The notes beneath the pieces are model-generated. The model did not search any database. It was given only the letters and a program-made list of their open reading frames with translations, and was not told where the DNA came from. A stretch of DNA of 64,000 nucleotides, from the NCBI GenBank assembly GCA_963796055.1, contig CAWCKH010000004.1, forward strand, positions 352,001 to 416,000, written 5' to 3'. Source of the DNA: an uncultured delta proteobacterium (lineage in GTDB: Bacteria > Myxococcota > Myxococcia > Myxococcales > Myxococcaceae). The first letter of the stretch is position 1; each line of letters opens with the position of its first letter. A program made the translations under genes and the position numbers. Positions 30,258 through 39,791 of the stretch are shown piece by piece.

Positions 30258-32077
30258 CGCGCCTTCCTCCGGCGCGTCACCCAGAACCCGGCCCCTAGCA
30301 CCGCCAGCGGCGCCACGAAGACCGTGGCGTAGAACCACGCCACCTCCTGGCCCCGGGTGTGCTGGATGGGGAAGTCCGTCTCCCCGCCGGGCGCACCGAG
30401 CGACTCCTCGCCGAGCAGCCAGCGGACGCCGTCCAGGGCCAGGACGCGGTTGCCCTGGCTCCCGTCGAAGACGAGGTCGGTGAAGGCGTCGGAGTCGGCG
30501 ACCACCACCGCGCGTCCCTCGTCGCTGCCCTTCCTGGGCAAGGTGACGGCGGCGGCCACGTCCCACGCCTTTCGCTTCTCGGTCCGCGGATCGAAGACGT
30601 AGTTCCCGTCGAGGTCGCGGAACGTCTCCGGGAGGGTGGAGACGGTGAAGACCACGTTCACCCCGGCCGGCTTCTGGGTGAGCGCCTCGAGGGACCCCGC
30701 GCCGAGCAGGAACACCGGGAGCCGCCCGCTGGCCCGGACCAGCGTGCCGACGCTGGCATGGGGACCGAAGGTGGCGGTGACCAGCTGCGCGCGGTCGCTG
30801 GGCTGGTGGGTGCGCGCCAGGTACACCCGGTCGTTCACCAGGGTGGTGGGAACGAAGCGGACTCCCAGCGGCTGGAGCAGGGCGTCGAAGTGCGAGCCGG
30901 ACTCGGGGTCCAGCGCCACCAGGAGCCGTCCACCCCCGCGCACCCACCGCACCAGCGCCTCCACCTCCTCGCGGAGGAAGGGCATGGTGGGCCCGACGAT
31001 CAGCACCGCGCTGGCATCGCGCGGGACCTCGGTGGCCAGACCCTGGGCGGGGCCGAGCGGTCGGACCTGGTCGTTCTGCGCCCGGAGCAGCTCCTGGAAG
31101 GTGCGCACCGTCCCCCGGGGGTCGGAGAGGTCGGCGTTCAATGCCGCCCGCTCGCCATGACCGGTGGTGAGGTAGATGATCTTCGCCGCGCGGGCGACCT
31201 GGTAGAGCCGCTTCTGCACCTCGGGATCGAGCTCGCGGAGCTGGCTCCTCGAGGAGTCGAGCGTGTTGCCGGTCAGGTAGGTCTCGTGGCGCTCGCCCCG
31301 GCTCACGGCGATGGCGCCGTTCCCGTTCACGCCCAGGGCCCGGGCTTGGGCGAGATCGACCGCGGCGTCCAGACGCTCCACCCGGAGCAGCGGGCTCTCC
31401 TCGGCCAGCGACTCGGCGTAGTCGCGCACCGCGGCGCCCACCTCGGAGCCGGGCGGGTAGAAGAGGCTGAGCGTCACCGGCTCGGTGAACCCGCGCACCA
31501 GCCCGCGGGTCGAGTCGCTCGGGCGCCCGGGCCGGAAGTAGCTCCAGTCGGAGGACACGTCCCGCACGTCCGCCACCCAGCCCAGGGCCAGGGCGGTGGT
31601 GAGCACCGCGACCAGCGCCGCGCCGGTGCCCACCGCGTCCTGGACCCGCGCCACCTCGACCTCCGGGGCGCGGGCCATGGCGGCGTAGGCCAGCTCACCC
31701 AGCACCAGGGGCACCACGGCGCTCGCGGCCAGGAGGGCGGTGGCAAGCTGCAAGGCAGTGGCCAGGCGCGGAGCGCCGGCTTTCAGATCCGGCCCGCCGG
31801 CGGCCAGCACCACGTCGGACTGCGCGAACCAGGCGACCAGCGCGAGCAGCGCCAGGGTGGAGAGAATGGCGAAGAGGCGCTCCACCCGGGCCCGGGGCGC
31901 AGAGGCCGACAGCGCCGAGCGGTTCCAGCGGAGGACGGCGGCCACGGCGACGGCGAGCACCCCCAGGACGTCGAGGACGGCACGGAGGGCCCCGGCGCCC
32001 ACCACCCGCTCGCCGAGGAAGACGGCGAGCAGGCCGAGCACGGTGGCCGCGGTGAGGGCGCCGCTCCGGGCGTTCAT
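30254..32077 (-). CDS. GldG-like ABC transporter auxiliary component
   Basis: TM region, IYLTTGHGE, VLIVGP, GGRLLVALDP, VVADSD, C-terminal TM plus RRRK. Confidence 0.8.
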   Translation of the reverse strand: MNARSGALTAATVLGLLAVFLGERVVGAGALRAVLDVLGVLAVAVAAVLRWNRSALSASAPRARVERLFAILSTLALLALVAWFAQSDVVLAAGGPDLKAGAPRLATALQLATALLAASAVVPLVLGELAYAAMARAPEVEVARVQDAVGTGAALVAVLTTALALGWVADVRDVSSDWSYFRPGRPSDSTRGLVRGFTEPVTLSLFYPPGSEVGAAVRDYAESLAEESPLLRVERLDAAVDLAQARALGVNGNGAIAVSRGERHETYLTGNTLDSSRSQLRELDPEVQKRLYQVARAAKIIYLTTGHGERAALNADLSDPRGTVRTFQELLRAQNDQVRPLGPAQGLATEVPRDASAVLIVGPTMPFLREEVEALVRWVRGGGRLLVALDPESGSHFDALLQPLGVRFVPTTLVNDRVYLARTHQPSDRAQLVTATFGPHASVGTLVRASGRLPVFLLGAGSLEALTQKPAGVNVVFTVSTLPETFRDLDGNYVFDPRTEKRKAWDVAAAVTLPRKGSDEGRAVVVADSDAFTDLVFDGSQGNRVLALDGVRWLLGEESLGAPGGETDFPIQHTRGQEVAWFYATVFVAPLAVLGAGFWVTRRRKAR

Positions 32078-32796
32078 CGCCACCGCCGCGCCTCGAGCAC
32101 CCGGGTGGTGGCGAAGAGGGCCACCCAGGTGACGAGGAGGTAGTAGGCCACGTCGCGCAGATGTACCTGACCCGACTGGAAGGGCGGGAAGTGCGCGTTG
32201 TGCAGCGCGATCGCGGCGAAGAGGCTGGAGAACGGTGGCTCGGTCACCGAGGCGAGCAGCCAGGCCACCAGCAGCGACACCAGCAGCGCCGCCCCGAGGA
32301 TGGCGGCGACGATCTGGGTCCGGGCGAGCGCGGAGCCGAGCGTGCCGAGCCCGAGCGACGCCGCCCCGAGGAGGAGCAGCCCGAGGTAACCGGCCAGCAG
32401 ATGTCCGACGGAGATGTGCCCGTGCACCAGGATCAGCAGCGGCATGTACAGCGTGGCCAGGGTGAGGCCAGAGAGGAACGCCAGCGCCCCGAGGAACTTC
32501 CCCAGGACGATGTCCCGGTCGCGCACCGGCGAGGCGTAGAGCAGCGCCAAGGTGCCCAGCTGTCGCTCCTCGGCGAGGAGGCGCATGGCGAGGAAGATGG
32601 CGGCGACCATCGTGGGCCCGGAGGCGAAGTAGAAGAAGCGGGTGAGGACCTCGGTGGAGCGGCGCGCCCCCTCGAGGGCGAAGGCGTTGAAGAGGAGCCC
32701 ATCGATGAGCAGGACAGAGGTGGCGATGATCCACCCGGTCATGGTGCGCAGGTAGCCGCGCAGCTCCCGGCGGGCGATGAGGAGCGCCGGGCTCAC
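32074..32796 (-). CDS. ABC-2 permease (GldF-like)
   Basis: IARRELRGY, MRLLAEERQLGTL, IVLGKFLG. Confidence 0.88.
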   Translation of the reverse strand: MSPALLIARRELRGYLRTMTGWIIATSVLLIDGLLFNAFALEGARRSTEVLTRFFYFASGPTMVAAIFLAMRLLAEERQLGTLALLYASPVRDRDIVLGKFLGALAFLSGLTLATLYMPLLILVHGHISVGHLLAGYLGLLLLGAASLGLGTLGSALARTQIVAAILGAALLVSLLVAWLLASVTEPPFSSLFAAIALHNAHFPPFQSGQVHLRDVAYYLLVTWVALFATTRVLEARRWR

Positions 32797-33728
32797 GCCG
32801 CGGCCCCCCGGCCGGCGAGCTTCAGGAACAGCGACTCGAGGCGGTCCGCCGAGACGTCCAGCCGGAACAGCTGGGCGCCGGCGCCGAGGGCCGCCTGTGC
32901 CAGCACCGGCCGGAGCGCGTCGGGCGCCTCCACCCGGAGCACGGCGTGGCCTCCTGGCAACGGCCGCACGGCAACCCCGTGCACGCCTGGGAGGGCACGG
33001 ACCGCCGCCGCGACCGCGTCGACCGGCCCGGCGATCTCCAGCTCCACTCCGGTTCCGACGCCGAGCCGCTCCTCGAGCTCGGCCTCGCTCCCCTGGGCCA
33101 CCAGCTCGCCATCGCGGACGACCATGAGCCGATCGCAGGTCTGGGCGATCTCCGGAAGGATGTGGCTGGAGACCAGGACGGTGTGGTCTCCGCGCAGGCT
33201 CCGGATGAGGGCGCGCATCTCCACGTTCTGCACCGGGTCCAGCCCGTTGGCCGGTTCGTCGAGGAGGAGCACCTCGGGCCCGTGGACCAGCGCCTGGGCG
33301 ACGCCGACCCGCTGCCGGAAGCCGTGGCTGAGGGTGGAGATGCGCTCGGCGTCGAGGGCGGCCAGCCCGGTGCGCTCCTCGCTCTCCGCCACCCGCGCGC
33401 GGATGCGTGCTGGCTCCACGCCCCGTAGCCCGGCGACGAAGGCGAGGTACTCGCCCACCTCCATCTCCTCGTAGAGCGGCGGGGTCTCGGGCAGGAAGCC
33501 GATGCGCGCCTTCAGCTGCCTGGGCGCGGTGAAGAGGTCCTGGCCGTCGAGGCGAACCGTCCCGGAGGTGGGCAGGAGCACGCAGCCGAGGATACGCAAG
33601 GTGGTGGTCTTTCCCGCGCCGTTGAGGCCCAGGAAGCCCACCACCTCGCCCGAGTCGATTCGGAACGACAGGTTCCGGATGGCCGCCCGTGCTCCGTAGT
33701 ACTTGGAGAGCTGCTCGACCTGGATCAT
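32793..33728 (-). CDS. ABC transporter ATP-binding protein (GldA-like)
   Basis: Walker A GLNGAGKTT, LSHGFRQRVG, LLLDEP, SSHIL. Confidence 0.92.
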   Translation of the reverse strand: MIQVEQLSKYYGARAAIRNLSFRIDSGEVVGFLGLNGAGKTTTLRILGCVLLPTSGTVRLDGQDLFTAPRQLKARIGFLPETPPLYEEMEVGEYLAFVAGLRGVEPARIRARVAESEERTGLAALDAERISTLSHGFRQRVGVAQALVHGPEVLLLDEPANGLDPVQNVEMRALIRSLRGDHTVLVSSHILPEIAQTCDRLMVVRDGELVAQGSEAELEERLGVGTGVELEIAGPVDAVAAAVRALPGVHGVAVRPLPGGHAVLRVEAPDALRPVLAQAALGAGAQLFRLDVSADRLESLFLKLAGRGAAA

Positions 33729-33796
33729 CAGGGGGGCGCCCTCTTTCCCAGGCACCGGGGCCGCGGGTCAAGGTGGAAGCGCCCTGGCCGCAGCAC

Positions 33797-35134
33797 CTAC
33801 ACCGCGCTCGGCAGACGGACCTTCCCCAGGCAGAAACGCAGGGCGTCCTCCAGGCCGGGCCAGCGGAAGCGGAAACCGGCGTCGAGCAGGGCCCGGGGAA
33901 TCACGTTGGCCCCGGCGAGGACCGACTCCTGGCCCATCTGGCCGAAGACGGCGCGGATGACCGCGGCGGGCACCGCGGCCACGGTGGGCCGGCGGAGCAC
34001 GCGTCCCAGCACGTGGGTGAACCCGGCGTTGGTGACCGGCTCGGGCGCGGTGAGGTTGGCCGCGCCGTGGAAGGACGGGGTGCGAAGGGCGAAGTGGATC
34101 GCGCCGATGACGTCCTCGAGGGAGATCCAGCTGAAGACCTGCCTGCCCGAGCCGAGCTTCCCGCCCGCGCCGGCCTTGAAGATGGGCAGCATCTTCGCCA
34201 GCGCGCCTGCGTCCGGGCTGAGCACGACGCCGGTGCGGAGCCTCACCACCCGGACCCCCGCCTCCTCCGCGGACCGGGTGGCCGCCTCCCAGGCCTCCAC
34301 CAGCTCGGCGAGGAAGCCGGTGCCGCGGGAGGAGGACTCGTCGATGGGGGTGTCGCCGCGGTCGCCGTAGTAGCCCATGGCCGAGCCGTTGATCAGCACC
34401 GACGGGCGGCGGAGCGCGCGGAGGATGCCGGCCACCACGGTCTCGGTGGTGCGCACGCGGCTCTGGCGGAGCTGCTGCTTGCGCTCCTCGGTCCAGCGGC
34501 CCTCGCCCACGTTGGCGCCGGCCAGGTTCACCACCGCGTCGAGCCCGTCGACCTCGGCGGCCTTGTCGCCGCGGCCGAGCCGGACCACGCGGTGGCCACC
34601 GGTGGTGAGGAAGTGGGTCAACGCCTCGCCCAGGAGCCCGTGCGAGCCGGTGATGCCGACCTCGAGGGGCGGGCCGGGCAGCTCGGCATGGCGGGTGAGG
34701 TCGGCGGCGGTGAGCGCGTGGCGGTAGGCGAAGACCGACTCGAGCTTCTCCCGGGCGATGCCGGCCCCGAGCCGGCCCAGGGGCCCCAGCGCGTACCGCA
34801 CCTCGTCCTCCAGCACGGAGCGGCCCTCGCCGTCGGGGAGCATCCGGTGCACGTGTTCCCAGCGGGCAAACGGGCCGGACTCCTGCCGGTCGGTGAAGGA
34901 CCGGCCGTCCTCCAGGGCGGTGTGGACCGCGACCCACGTGCGTGGCACCGGGCCGAGGTGGACACGGAGGACGGTGCGGGCCCCGGGGGTCAGCCCCCCG
35001 GTCCGCTCGAGGATCTCCGCCTTGTCGAAGGGTGGGTTGAGGCGCTCGAAGGCGCCCGGGCGGGCGTGCCAGTCGAACAGCTCCCGGGGCGGTACCGGCA
35101 TCGGGCTGCGCGCGACGTACCGCTGCTCGTCCAT
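33797..35134 (-). CDS. SRPBCC + TIGR01777-type NAD-dependent epimerase fusion
   Basis: N-terminal WHARPGAFERL..FTDRQESGPFARWEHVH; GITGSHGLLG, NLAG, GSGRQVFSWI. Confidence 0.85.
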   Translation of the reverse strand: MDEQRYVARSPMPVPPRELFDWHARPGAFERLNPPFDKAEILERTGGLTPGARTVLRVHLGPVPRTWVAVHTALEDGRSFTDRQESGPFARWEHVHRMLPDGEGRSVLEDEVRYALGPLGRLGAGIAREKLESVFAYRHALTAADLTRHAELPGPPLEVGITGSHGLLGEALTHFLTTGGHRVVRLGRGDKAAEVDGLDAVVNLAGANVGEGRWTEERKQQLRQSRVRTTETVVAGILRALRRPSVLINGSAMGYYGDRGDTPIDESSSRGTGFLAELVEAWEAATRSAEEAGVRVVRLRTGVVLSPDAGALAKMLPIFKAGAGGKLGSGRQVFSWISLEDVIGAIHFALRTPSFHGAANLTAPEPVTNAGFTHVLGRVLRRPTVAAVPAAVIRAVFGQMGQESVLAGANVIPRALLDAGFRFRWPGLEDALRFCLGKVRLPSAV

Positions 35135-35228
35135 CGACGTCCTCCAGACGCCACCCAGGTCACCACTTCCGGGCACCCAGCGGCGCTTGTTATGAGCGTG
35201 GGCGCCTCGTCGCAACCCTGGGGCCTCG

Positions 35229-36200
35229 ATGGAAGTCACCTCACCGGAAAGCATCGCTGCTGCCGTCGCGGTGCTCCGCCGCGGCGGACTGGTGGGGCTG
35301 CCGACGGAGACGGTGTACGGGCTGGCGGCGGACGCGGAGAACGAGCTGGCGGTGCGGCGCATCTTCGCGGTGAAGGGCCGCCCGTCGACCCATCCCTTGA
35401 TCGTCCACGTGGCGCAGGCAGCGGCGGTCGAGTCGTGGGCGGCGCACGTTCCGCCGGAGGCGTACCGGCTCGCCTCGGCGTTCTGGCCCGGCCCGCTGAC
35501 CCTGGTGCTCAAGCGGTCCGCGCGCGCCTCGGACGCGGTGACGGGCGGACAGGACACGGTGGCGCTGCGGGTGCCCGGGCATCCGGTGGCGCTGGCGGTG
35601 CTGCGGGCGTTCGACGGCGGGGTGGCGGCGCCGAGCGCGAACCGCTTCGGCCAGGTGAGCCCGACCCGTGCCGAGCACGTCCGGGCGGATCTGGGGAGCG
35701 ACGTGGACCTCGTTCTCGACGGGGGCCCGGCCCGGGTGGGGGTGGAGTCGACGATCGTCGACCTGAGCGGCGCCGAGCCGGTGCTCCTGCGTCCGGGCGG
35801 GGTGCCGGTGGAGTCGGTGGAGCAGGTGCTCGAGCGGCGCATCTCGCGGATGCCTGGCCGGAAGATCCGGGCCCCGGGCCTGCTCCCCTCGCACTACGCG
35901 CCGCGCGCCGGGGTACTGCTCGCCGAGCCGGGCGGGGCGGTGGCGAAGGCGCTGGCGCTCGCCGGGAGTGGACGGAAGGTGGCGGTGGCGGTGCCCGAGG
36001 CGGTCGAGGTGCCGGAGCCGCTGGTCGCGCTCCGCATCCCGGGCGACGTGGAGGGCCTGGCGCGGGAGCTCTACGCCGTCTTCCGTGCGGCGGACGAGGC
36101 AAAGGTCGATGTGGCCGTGATCTCTGTCCCGGGCGAGGAGGGGCTCGGGCTGGCGGTCGTCGATCGCCTGCGTCGCGCGGCGGCGCCCCGGGGCGGCTGA
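35229..36200 (+). CDS. sua5: L-threonylcarbamoyladenylate synthase (Sua5 type)
   Basis: PTETVYGL, KGRP, APSANRFG, GVESTIVD, APG..SHYAP Sua5 tail. Confidence 0.93.
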   Translation: MEVTSPESIAAAVAVLRRGGLVGLPTETVYGLAADAENELAVRRIFAVKGRPSTHPLIVHVAQAAAVESWAAHVPPEAYRLASAFWPGPLTLVLKRSARASDAVTGGQDTVALRVPGHPVALAVLRAFDGGVAAPSANRFGQVSPTRAEHVRADLGSDVDLVLDGGPARVGVESTIVDLSGAEPVLLRPGGVPVESVEQVLERRISRMPGRKIRAPGLLPSHYAPRAGVLLAEPGGAVAKALALAGSGRKVAVAVPEAVEVPEPLVALRIPGDVEGLARELYAVFRAADEAKVDVAVISVPGEEGLGLAVVDRLRRAAAPRGG

Positions 36201-36251
36201 TCGCCTGGCCGCCTGGCGTCTCGCGCCGAGAGCGGACCACACTCTGCGCCG

Positions 36252-37130
36252 ATGCCGACCTGGGCGCCTGAACGCGTCGTCTCCCCCGTCGAGGCGGTGG
36301 CACTGATCGAGACGCAGATGGCCGATCTCCGCCCGGTGACCATCGGACGCGCCTGGACCGGCTGGGACAACACCGTCTACGAGGTGAACGGCGAGCTGGT
36401 GTTTCGCTTTCCCCGGCGCCAGGTCGCGGTGCGGCTTCTCGAGACCGAGATCCGCCTGCTGCCACGCCTCGCACCCCGCCTGCCCCTCCCCGTCGCCGTC
36501 CCGGAGCGGGTGGGCCAGCCGACGGGCGCCTATCCGTGGCCGTTCGCCGGTTACTGCAAGCTACCGGGCGAGACCGCCGATCGCGTCCACCTCACCGACG
36601 CGCAGCGCGCCTCGCTGGCCGCGCCTCTGGGTCGATTTCTCGTGGCGCTCCACTCGCTCGGCACGGAGGGGCTCGAACTGCCCGCCGACGAGTGGGGGCG
36701 GCTGGATTTCCGTCATTGTCTGCCGGAGTTCCGCGAGCGCGCCGCCGTCATCGGGCTCCTGCGCGCGGAGGCGTGGGAGCGGGAGCTCGAGGCGGCGCCG
36801 CCATCGCGCCCCCGCGCCGTGGTGCACGGCGATTTTTACTCGCGCGCACTGCTGGTGGATCTCCTCGACGGAGCGCACCTCGCCGGTGTGATCGACTGGG
36901 GCGACCTGCATCTCGGCGATCCAGCGGTCGATCTGGCGATCGCACACTCCTTCCTCCCTGCCGCCGCGCACGACGCCTTCCGCGAAGCCTACGGGCCAAT
37001 CGACCAGGAGACATGGCTCCTGGCACGGCTGAGGGCGATCGCCCACACCACCGCCGTGCTGGCCTACGCGCTCGACGTCTGCGACGCGGACCTCGAGCGC
37101 GAGGCCCGCGACGCCCTGTCCCGGATGTGA
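36252..37130 (+). CDS. APH-family phosphotransferase
   Basis: GWDN..VFRFPRR, HGDFY, GVIDWGD..GDPAVDLA. Confidence 0.85.
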   Translation: MPTWAPERVVSPVEAVALIETQMADLRPVTIGRAWTGWDNTVYEVNGELVFRFPRRQVAVRLLETEIRLLPRLAPRLPLPVAVPERVGQPTGAYPWPFAGYCKLPGETADRVHLTDAQRASLAAPLGRFLVALHSLGTEGLELPADEWGRLDFRHCLPEFRERAAVIGLLRAEAWERELEAAPPSRPRAVVHGDFYSRALLVDLLDGAHLAGVIDWGDLHLGDPAVDLAIAHSFLPAAAHDAFREAYGPIDQETWLLARLRAIAHTTAVLAYALDVCDADLEREARDALSRM

Positions 37131-37189
37131 GCGGTGCTCGGCGCCGCGTCATCGGTCGCCAGAGCCTCGCATACCCCGCAAGGAGCGAG

Positions 37190-38245
37190 TCAGGCTGCGT
37201 CGGTTAGCGGCTCGTCCCCCCGCAGCTGCCGGAGCATCTGCGTCAGCCCCCGCACCCATGACGGATGCGCATTGAGGCTCGGCACCAGGGTCAGCGCCTC
37301 TCCGCCATGCGCCAGGAACTGGTCCCTGGCCCGGATCCCGATCTCCTCCAAGGTCTCCAGGCAATCGGCGACGAACGCCGGGCAGAACACCGCCAGGCGC
37401 TTCGCCCCGCTCCGGGCCAGCTCGGGAATGACCAGATCGGTGTACGGCTTGATCCACGGCGTCCGCCCCAGCCGGCTCTGGAAGGTCACCGTCCACTTCC
37501 CCGCCTCGAGCCCGAGCCGCTGCGCCAGCGCCCGCGCGGTGAAGACGCACTGCATCCGGTAGCACCACCGGTTCGCCGGAACCTGGACGTCGCAGCAGTC
37601 CGCCCGCGCCAGGCAGTGCGCCCCGGTCGGGTCGCTCTTCTTCACCTGCCGCTCGGGCAGTCCGTGGAAGCTGAACAGCACGTGATCCGGCCGTGCCTCC
37701 GCCAGCACCGGCCGCCCGACGTCGGCGAAGGCGTCCAGGAACGCCGGCCGGTCGTAGAACGGCGGCAACACCCTGATCGCCTCCACGTTCCACGCCTCGC
37801 CCACCAGCTGGTACACCCGCTCCAGGCTGGATCCGGTCGAGCTCGAGGCGTACTGCGGATACAGGGGGACCACGCTCAGCTCCCGCACCCCGCGGGCCCG
37901 CAGCTTCTCCAGCGCCGAGCCGAGCGATGGCTTGCCGTACCGCATCCCCAGCTCCACGGTCCACGCGGGACCCAGCGCATCCTGAAGCCGATCCCGCAGC
38001 GCCAGCCCGTACACCAGCAGGGGCGAGCCCTGGCGCATCCAGATCTTCCGGTACGCCTCGGCGGACTTCTGCGGCCGGAACGGGAGGATCGCCCCGTAGA
38101 GCAGCGCCGCCCGACCCACCGGAGGAATGTCGAGCACCCGGGGATCGCTGAGGAACTCGCGGAGGTAGCGCCGCACCGGCCCCGTCTCCGGCGCGTCCGG
38201 GGTTCCCAGGTTGATCAGCAGCACGCCCTGCGGAGAGGAGTCCAT
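37190..38245 (-). CDS. hemH: Protoporphyrin ferrochelatase
   Basis: LINLGTP, YLREFLSD, PLYPQY, FSFHGLP, FQSRLG, ADCLETLEE. Confidence 0.95.
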   Translation of the reverse strand: MDSSPQGVLLINLGTPDAPETGPVRRYLREFLSDPRVLDIPPVGRAALLYGAILPFRPQKSAEAYRKIWMRQGSPLLVYGLALRDRLQDALGPAWTVELGMRYGKPSLGSALEKLRARGVRELSVVPLYPQYASSSTGSSLERVYQLVGEAWNVEAIRVLPPFYDRPAFLDAFADVGRPVLAEARPDHVLFSFHGLPERQVKKSDPTGAHCLARADCCDVQVPANRWCYRMQCVFTARALAQRLGLEAGKWTVTFQSRLGRTPWIKPYTDLVIPELARSGAKRLAVFCPAFVADCLETLEEIGIRARDQFLAHGGEALTLVPSLNAHPSWVRGLTQMLRQLRGDEPLTDAA

Positions 38246-38628
38246 CAGTTCAGCGCGTTGGGTTGGGTCAAGGCGAACTCCGCGATGCGGGCCTCGAACG
38301 TGGACCCGTCGGGGCGCACGAAGGTGTAGCTCCCCCGCATCGTCCCGAACGGCGTGCGCAGCATCGCCCAGCTCCGGTACTCGAAGCGCTCGCCCGGGCC
38401 GAGCCGTGGCGCCTCCCCGACCACTCCCTGTCCCCGCACCTCCTCCACGTGCCCATTGGCGTCGGTGATGATCCAGTGCCGGCTCCGAAGCTGGGCTGGC
38501 GCGCTGCCCTCGTTGGCGATCTCCACCGCGTAGCTGAAGGCGAACTGCCCGTTCTCCGGAGCGCTGCGTTCGGCCCAGAAGCTGGGCTGGACGGTGACCC
38601 GGATGCCCTCGGTGACGGTGGTGGACAT
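38245..38628 (-). CDS. apaG: ApaG protein
   Basis: QLRSRHWIITD, GQGVVGE, GTMRGSY; TGATG overlap with hemH. Confidence 0.95.
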   Translation of the reverse strand: MSTTVTEGIRVTVQPSFWAERSAPENGQFAFSYAVEIANEGSAPAQLRSRHWIITDANGHVEEVRGQGVVGEAPRLGPGERFEYRSWAMLRTPFGTMRGSYTFVRPDGSTFEARIAEFALTQPNALN

Positions 38629-38834
38629 GGCCCGGCGGCACCATGGCCCGTCCCCCGCCCGGGGCGCAACGGTCATCGCGGAGACCCTGTGGGCCGATCG
38701 GAAGATTGCGCCGCAATCGCGGCCGAGGCCAAGGAGCGAGGAGGGAGCGGGGCCCGAGTCCCGTGACCGAGGAGCGACGCAGGGATCGGTCGCGAGGGCT
38801 AGCAAGGGCCGAGCGGCCCGCTGGGTTTCCGCGA

Positions 38835-39791
38835 TCAGGCCCCGGGACCGTCCTGCTCCGGCGACGCCTGCTCCCCCCGGCCTCTCCACCAGGAGGCGAC
38901 GAAGGCCAGGAGCAGCACCCCGGCGATGACCGCCAGCGAGAGCCACACCGGGACCGGCACCCACGGCTCGACGAGCATCTTCAGGCCGACGAACCCCAGC
39001 ACCACCGCCAGCGCCGGCTTGAGGTAGTGCAGCCGGGAGAGGAGCGAGCGCAGGAGGAAGAACAGCGAGCGGAGCCCGAGCACCGCGGCGACGTTGCTGC
39101 TGAAGAGGACGAAGGAATCGCGGCTCACGCCCAGCACCGCGGGGATGGAGTCGAGCGCGAACATGAGATCCGTGGTCTCCACCACCAGCAGCACCAGGAA
39201 CAGCGGAGTGACCTGGATGCCGTGCGGGCCACGGACGATGAAGCGAGCCGCCGGCGCCGGATCCGCCACCGGGAGCACCCGGCGGGCGAGCTTGAGGACC
39301 GGGTTCTGGGCGGGATCTGCCTCGGGCTCGGCCTCGCCGCCGCGGACCAGCTTGAACGCCGTCCAGAGGAGGAAGGCACCGAAAAGATAGAGCAGCCACT
39401 CGAACTCGCGGACCAGCGCCGCGCCCCCGAGGATCAGGGTCCCCCGGAGCAGGAACGCGCCCAGCACGCCCCAGAACAGCAGCAGGTGCTGCTCCCCGGG
39501 CTTGATCCGGAAGTACTGGAAGACGAGGAGGAAGACGAAGAGGTTGTCGACGCTGAGCGCGTACTCGACGACGTAAGCGGTGAAGAACTCCAGGCCCCGC
39601 TGCTGTCCGCGGAACCACCACAGCCCCGCCCCGAACGCCACCGAGAGGCTGACCCAGAGCAGCACCCACCGCGCGGCCTGGCCGGCGGTCTGCGGCCGGT
39701 GTCCCCGGAGACGGGCCACGCCCAGGTCCAGTGCCAGCACCGCGAGGACGCCGACGTTGAACAGCAGCCAGACCCACCAGGGGGTGCTCAT
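38835..39791 (-). CDS. TerC/Alx family metal homeostasis membrane protein
   Basis: EYALSVDNLFVF, ETTDLMFALDSIPAV, SNVAAVLGLRSLFF. Confidence 0.92.
   Translation of the reverse strand: MSTPWWVWLLFNVGVLAVLALDLGVARLRGHRPQTAGQAARWVLLWVSLSVAFGAGLWWFRGQQRGLEFFTAYVVEYALSVDNLFVFLLVFQYFRIKPGEQHLLLFWGVLGAFLLRGTLILGGAALVREFEWLLYLFGAFLLWTAFKLVRGGEAEPEADPAQNPVLKLARRVLPVADPAPAARFIVRGPHGIQVTPLFLVLLVVETTDLMFALDSIPAVLGVSRDSFVLFSSNVAAVLGLRSLFFLLRSLLSRLHYLKPALAVVLGFVGLKMLVEPWVPVPVWLSLAVIAGVLLLAFVASWWRGRGEQASPEQDGPGA

Noticed and set aside
36252..37130. Acquired aminoglycoside resistance gene
   Set aside because: Generic APH-fold kinase in a housekeeping context with no mobile element; substrate cannot be inferred
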